A stretch of 36,706 nt of DNA from Octopus bimaculoides (lineage: Eukaryota), in the NCBI RefSeq assembly GCF_001194135.2, contig NC_068988.1:30342218-30378923 (forward strand). Direction: 5' to 3'. The notes beneath the pieces are model-generated. The model made no database searches. It had not been told where the DNA came from and saw only the letters and a list, made by a program, of their open reading frames with translations. Both the position numbers and the translations under genes were made by a program. Position 1 is the first letter of the stretch. Each line of letters begins with the position of its first letter. Shown here piece by piece: positions 34,410 through 36,706 of the stretch.

Positions 34410-34515
34410 GAACATCATTAGCTTACAGCTGTTTCTACTTTAAAGTAATGCACTAGCACTCACCTCTGGGTGCACTGCATCTTATAGCAGAAACGGCCGT
34501 AAGCTAATGCAGTTC
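34410..34515. repeat. Inverted repeat, 22-bp core arms (19/22)
   Basis: ATTAGCTTACAGCTGTTTCTAC (34417-34438) vs GCAGAAACGGCCGTAAGCTAAT (34487-34508). Confidence 0.8.
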
Positions 34516-35383
34516 ATTGCGTAATTTCCTGTTCCATTGTCATTTATTTAAATTTCATATTTATGCTCTTTACTCAACTCTATCTGTCTCTGTCTGTCTG
34601 TTTCTCTCTATATATATACATACATATTACATAAGAACTGTTAATTTGTTGTACCTTTGATTTTTACATCTGTTAAAAAGAATCCAAATTTAGATAGGAT
34701 TGTTTTTAACGAAGTTGTTAGTAGATGCTCTATCTGATCTGGAATAGTTTTCAATTTCAGACGTGTTTGGAATGAGTTAAAAAAAAAAAAGAAAGTGATA
34801 ACTGGATGCGAGCACTTTGTTCTTTGTTTAAAAGAAAGAAAAAATTCCATTGATAGAGATGTACTTTAACTACGACTACTACTACTCTGGCTAAAAGCTG
34901 AAATTAAAACATTTCTACAAAACTTCACCAAAGAACTCCTTGCTATAGATAAATATGCATTAATTCATTTTGGTGTATGTACATTAAAGTGGGTCAAGAG
35001 AGCTTGAACCATGACTACAGACACTATGTTCTTGGAATAAGGAATGCATTTAACTCACTGTCTACTTCCAGTTCATGGTTGAGTGGTTACCAATTGGAAT
35101 GACATCTTGCTGTAAAATGGGTTTGCCTTAATAATTATTCATAAATTAATGTACAAATGATGTGAAAGCATCTCAGTGTTAATTTAGAAAAAGGAATGAA
35201 TGAAATGAGTTAGGCCGTGGGGCTCTGTCTACTGAAATTATGTCAAGAGACCTTACTGTCTGTATCAATAAGCACTGTTACTTCAGTCTAGAATAAAACT
35301 AGTGAGTCAATATTGAAATTAGTGTGGTCACTTAATCTGTTAGAAATAGCAGCTAAATCACCCATTTCTCTCTCTTTCCCTCC

Positions 35384-35545
35384 TTCAGATTACTCTGTCA
35401 AATGTAATTCTTATTCACCTTGTTTAGAATTAATCATGCATTATCTTGAGGCTTTGAGTTTTCAATGATGTGATTATATTTAGACTGACATAGAGTAGAT
35501 GTGAAGGGCTGGCTCCTGATATATGGCTATTTAAACGTAGAACTA
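35384..35545 (+). mobile_element. Partial copy of the same piggyBac-like MITE
   Basis: AATGTAATTCTTATTCACCTTGTTTAGAATTAATCATGCATTATCTTG aligns with 33079-33130. Confidence 0.6.
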
Positions 35546-36706
35546 GAGATCCCTAAAAAGGCAGGGCAGGTCATTGTTAGAAGGCCTTTGGTGAGGGTTT
35601 GTTAGTTTAAGACTTCCCCATGTTGCCAAACAACTACTATAGATCAAAGACTTAATCAAGGTTAGTTTACACCTGTCAGCAATACTTTTAAAAGTTTAAT
35701 TAGTCAGGTGGCATAGATGCCAAATCAATTGTGTTTATAATGAGCAGGAAGTATATAATAACTGCAACTACTTTACATAGCTGTCTAATTCATATTTTAA
35801 TTACTTGGGCCGTAAACGCAATTTAAACTTGTGTATGTAAAATCCAATGCAACCAGAAATGTATTTATTTATTTTATTTTTGTTTCAATCTAATTTAAAA
35901 CTATATTTATCTGATATTAAAAATAAAGTTGATTGTATGTTGTGTGAATCTAGGACCTGATAATTCCAACAATTTCTCCAAACGACCTACTTCTATTTAG
36001 ATCGATACGTTTCTTTGTAATCTTAAATATTTCTAGATCTTTCTCTTTAGATGCTTCCTATATTTTCTTTTAATGGATAGTTTATCATCCATTACTGCTG
36101 TAAGTGTCAGTCCTGTTTTTGGGAAAAAAATAGAGAGAGAGAATATTCTGTTGGCATAATTTCTTCTAAGAGGTCTTGTAGATTGAATCTTATATATAAT
36201 GTTATTTTCGTTTGTTTTAACTAACCCCCCACCCCAACTTTTTCTTTCTCTGTTCTTGTAGTCGTGTAATTGCTTCTTTTCAGGCTCTTTTTCCCCCTCT
36301 TCATGCTTCATGCTTGACATTTCATCTATGTCTATCTAATTAGATTCTTTGTAATAAAAGATGTTTGAAAATATCTAAATTTAGATCATTAGTCCTCAAT
36401 TGGAGTCCCTATAAGATTTTGGGAGGGTCCAACCAAGCGAAATAGTAAATTGGAGATCTACAGTAGGGTATTTTAAGGTTCCTTGAAAAAAATTTTTGCT
36501 TTCAATCTATTTATTGCAAGAAACAGCTAGGTTTCTTTCTCTAATGTTTTAACTGGTTCAACATGTTTCCGGCGTCGGAAACATGCTCTCTCGGAGAGTA
36601 TTATTGCAAACCTACACGAGTGAACAGGTGAAAAACAGAATTGGAATTTTGAAAGAAGTTTCTATTAAATTAATTTTTAAACATTGAATGGCTGTTGGGG
36701 GGTGTC

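Noticed and set aside
776-36320. ORFs in the supplied track as protein-coding genes
   Set aside because: They are translations of SINEs, microsatellites (YIYI, CVCV, HTHT), N gaps or AT-rich noise, many with non-ATG starts. Only 26970-27269 and 27187-27630 carry real homology, to a dead transposase.

Overview
AT-rich eukaryotic genomic DNA from a gapped short-read assembly (8 N-runs). The repeat families are ones I recognise as typical of an octopus genome (inference from recall, not a database result). About 35 kb is intronic and repeat-dense. The only gene I can name is UBE2G2: its first coding exon (MAGSALRRLMAEYR, phase-1 GTAAGT donor) is on the minus strand at 17507-17549, and I found no further UBE2G2 exons in the 17.5 kb downstream of it. 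A second, unidentified gene appears to start divergently on the plus strand. It has two tiny candidate exons (18940-18969, MMANDDVKWE; 19218-19254, containing a perfect-Kozak MASSPLK in another frame) and a CCAAT-CCAAT-CDE/CHR-like motif cluster between them. The rest is several tRNA-derived SINE families, Meta-domain/(GAT)n-tailed retroelement fragments, a decayed DD37D (maT) Tc1/mariner element, a piggyBac-like MITE and microsatellites. The most striking unexplained structure is a high density of near-perfect inverted repeats and fold-backs. None of the ORFs in the supplied track looks like an intact cellular gene. There is no CRISPR array, prokaryotic system, rRNA or genuine tRNA gene. Repeat boundaries are read by eye (about +/-10 nt).
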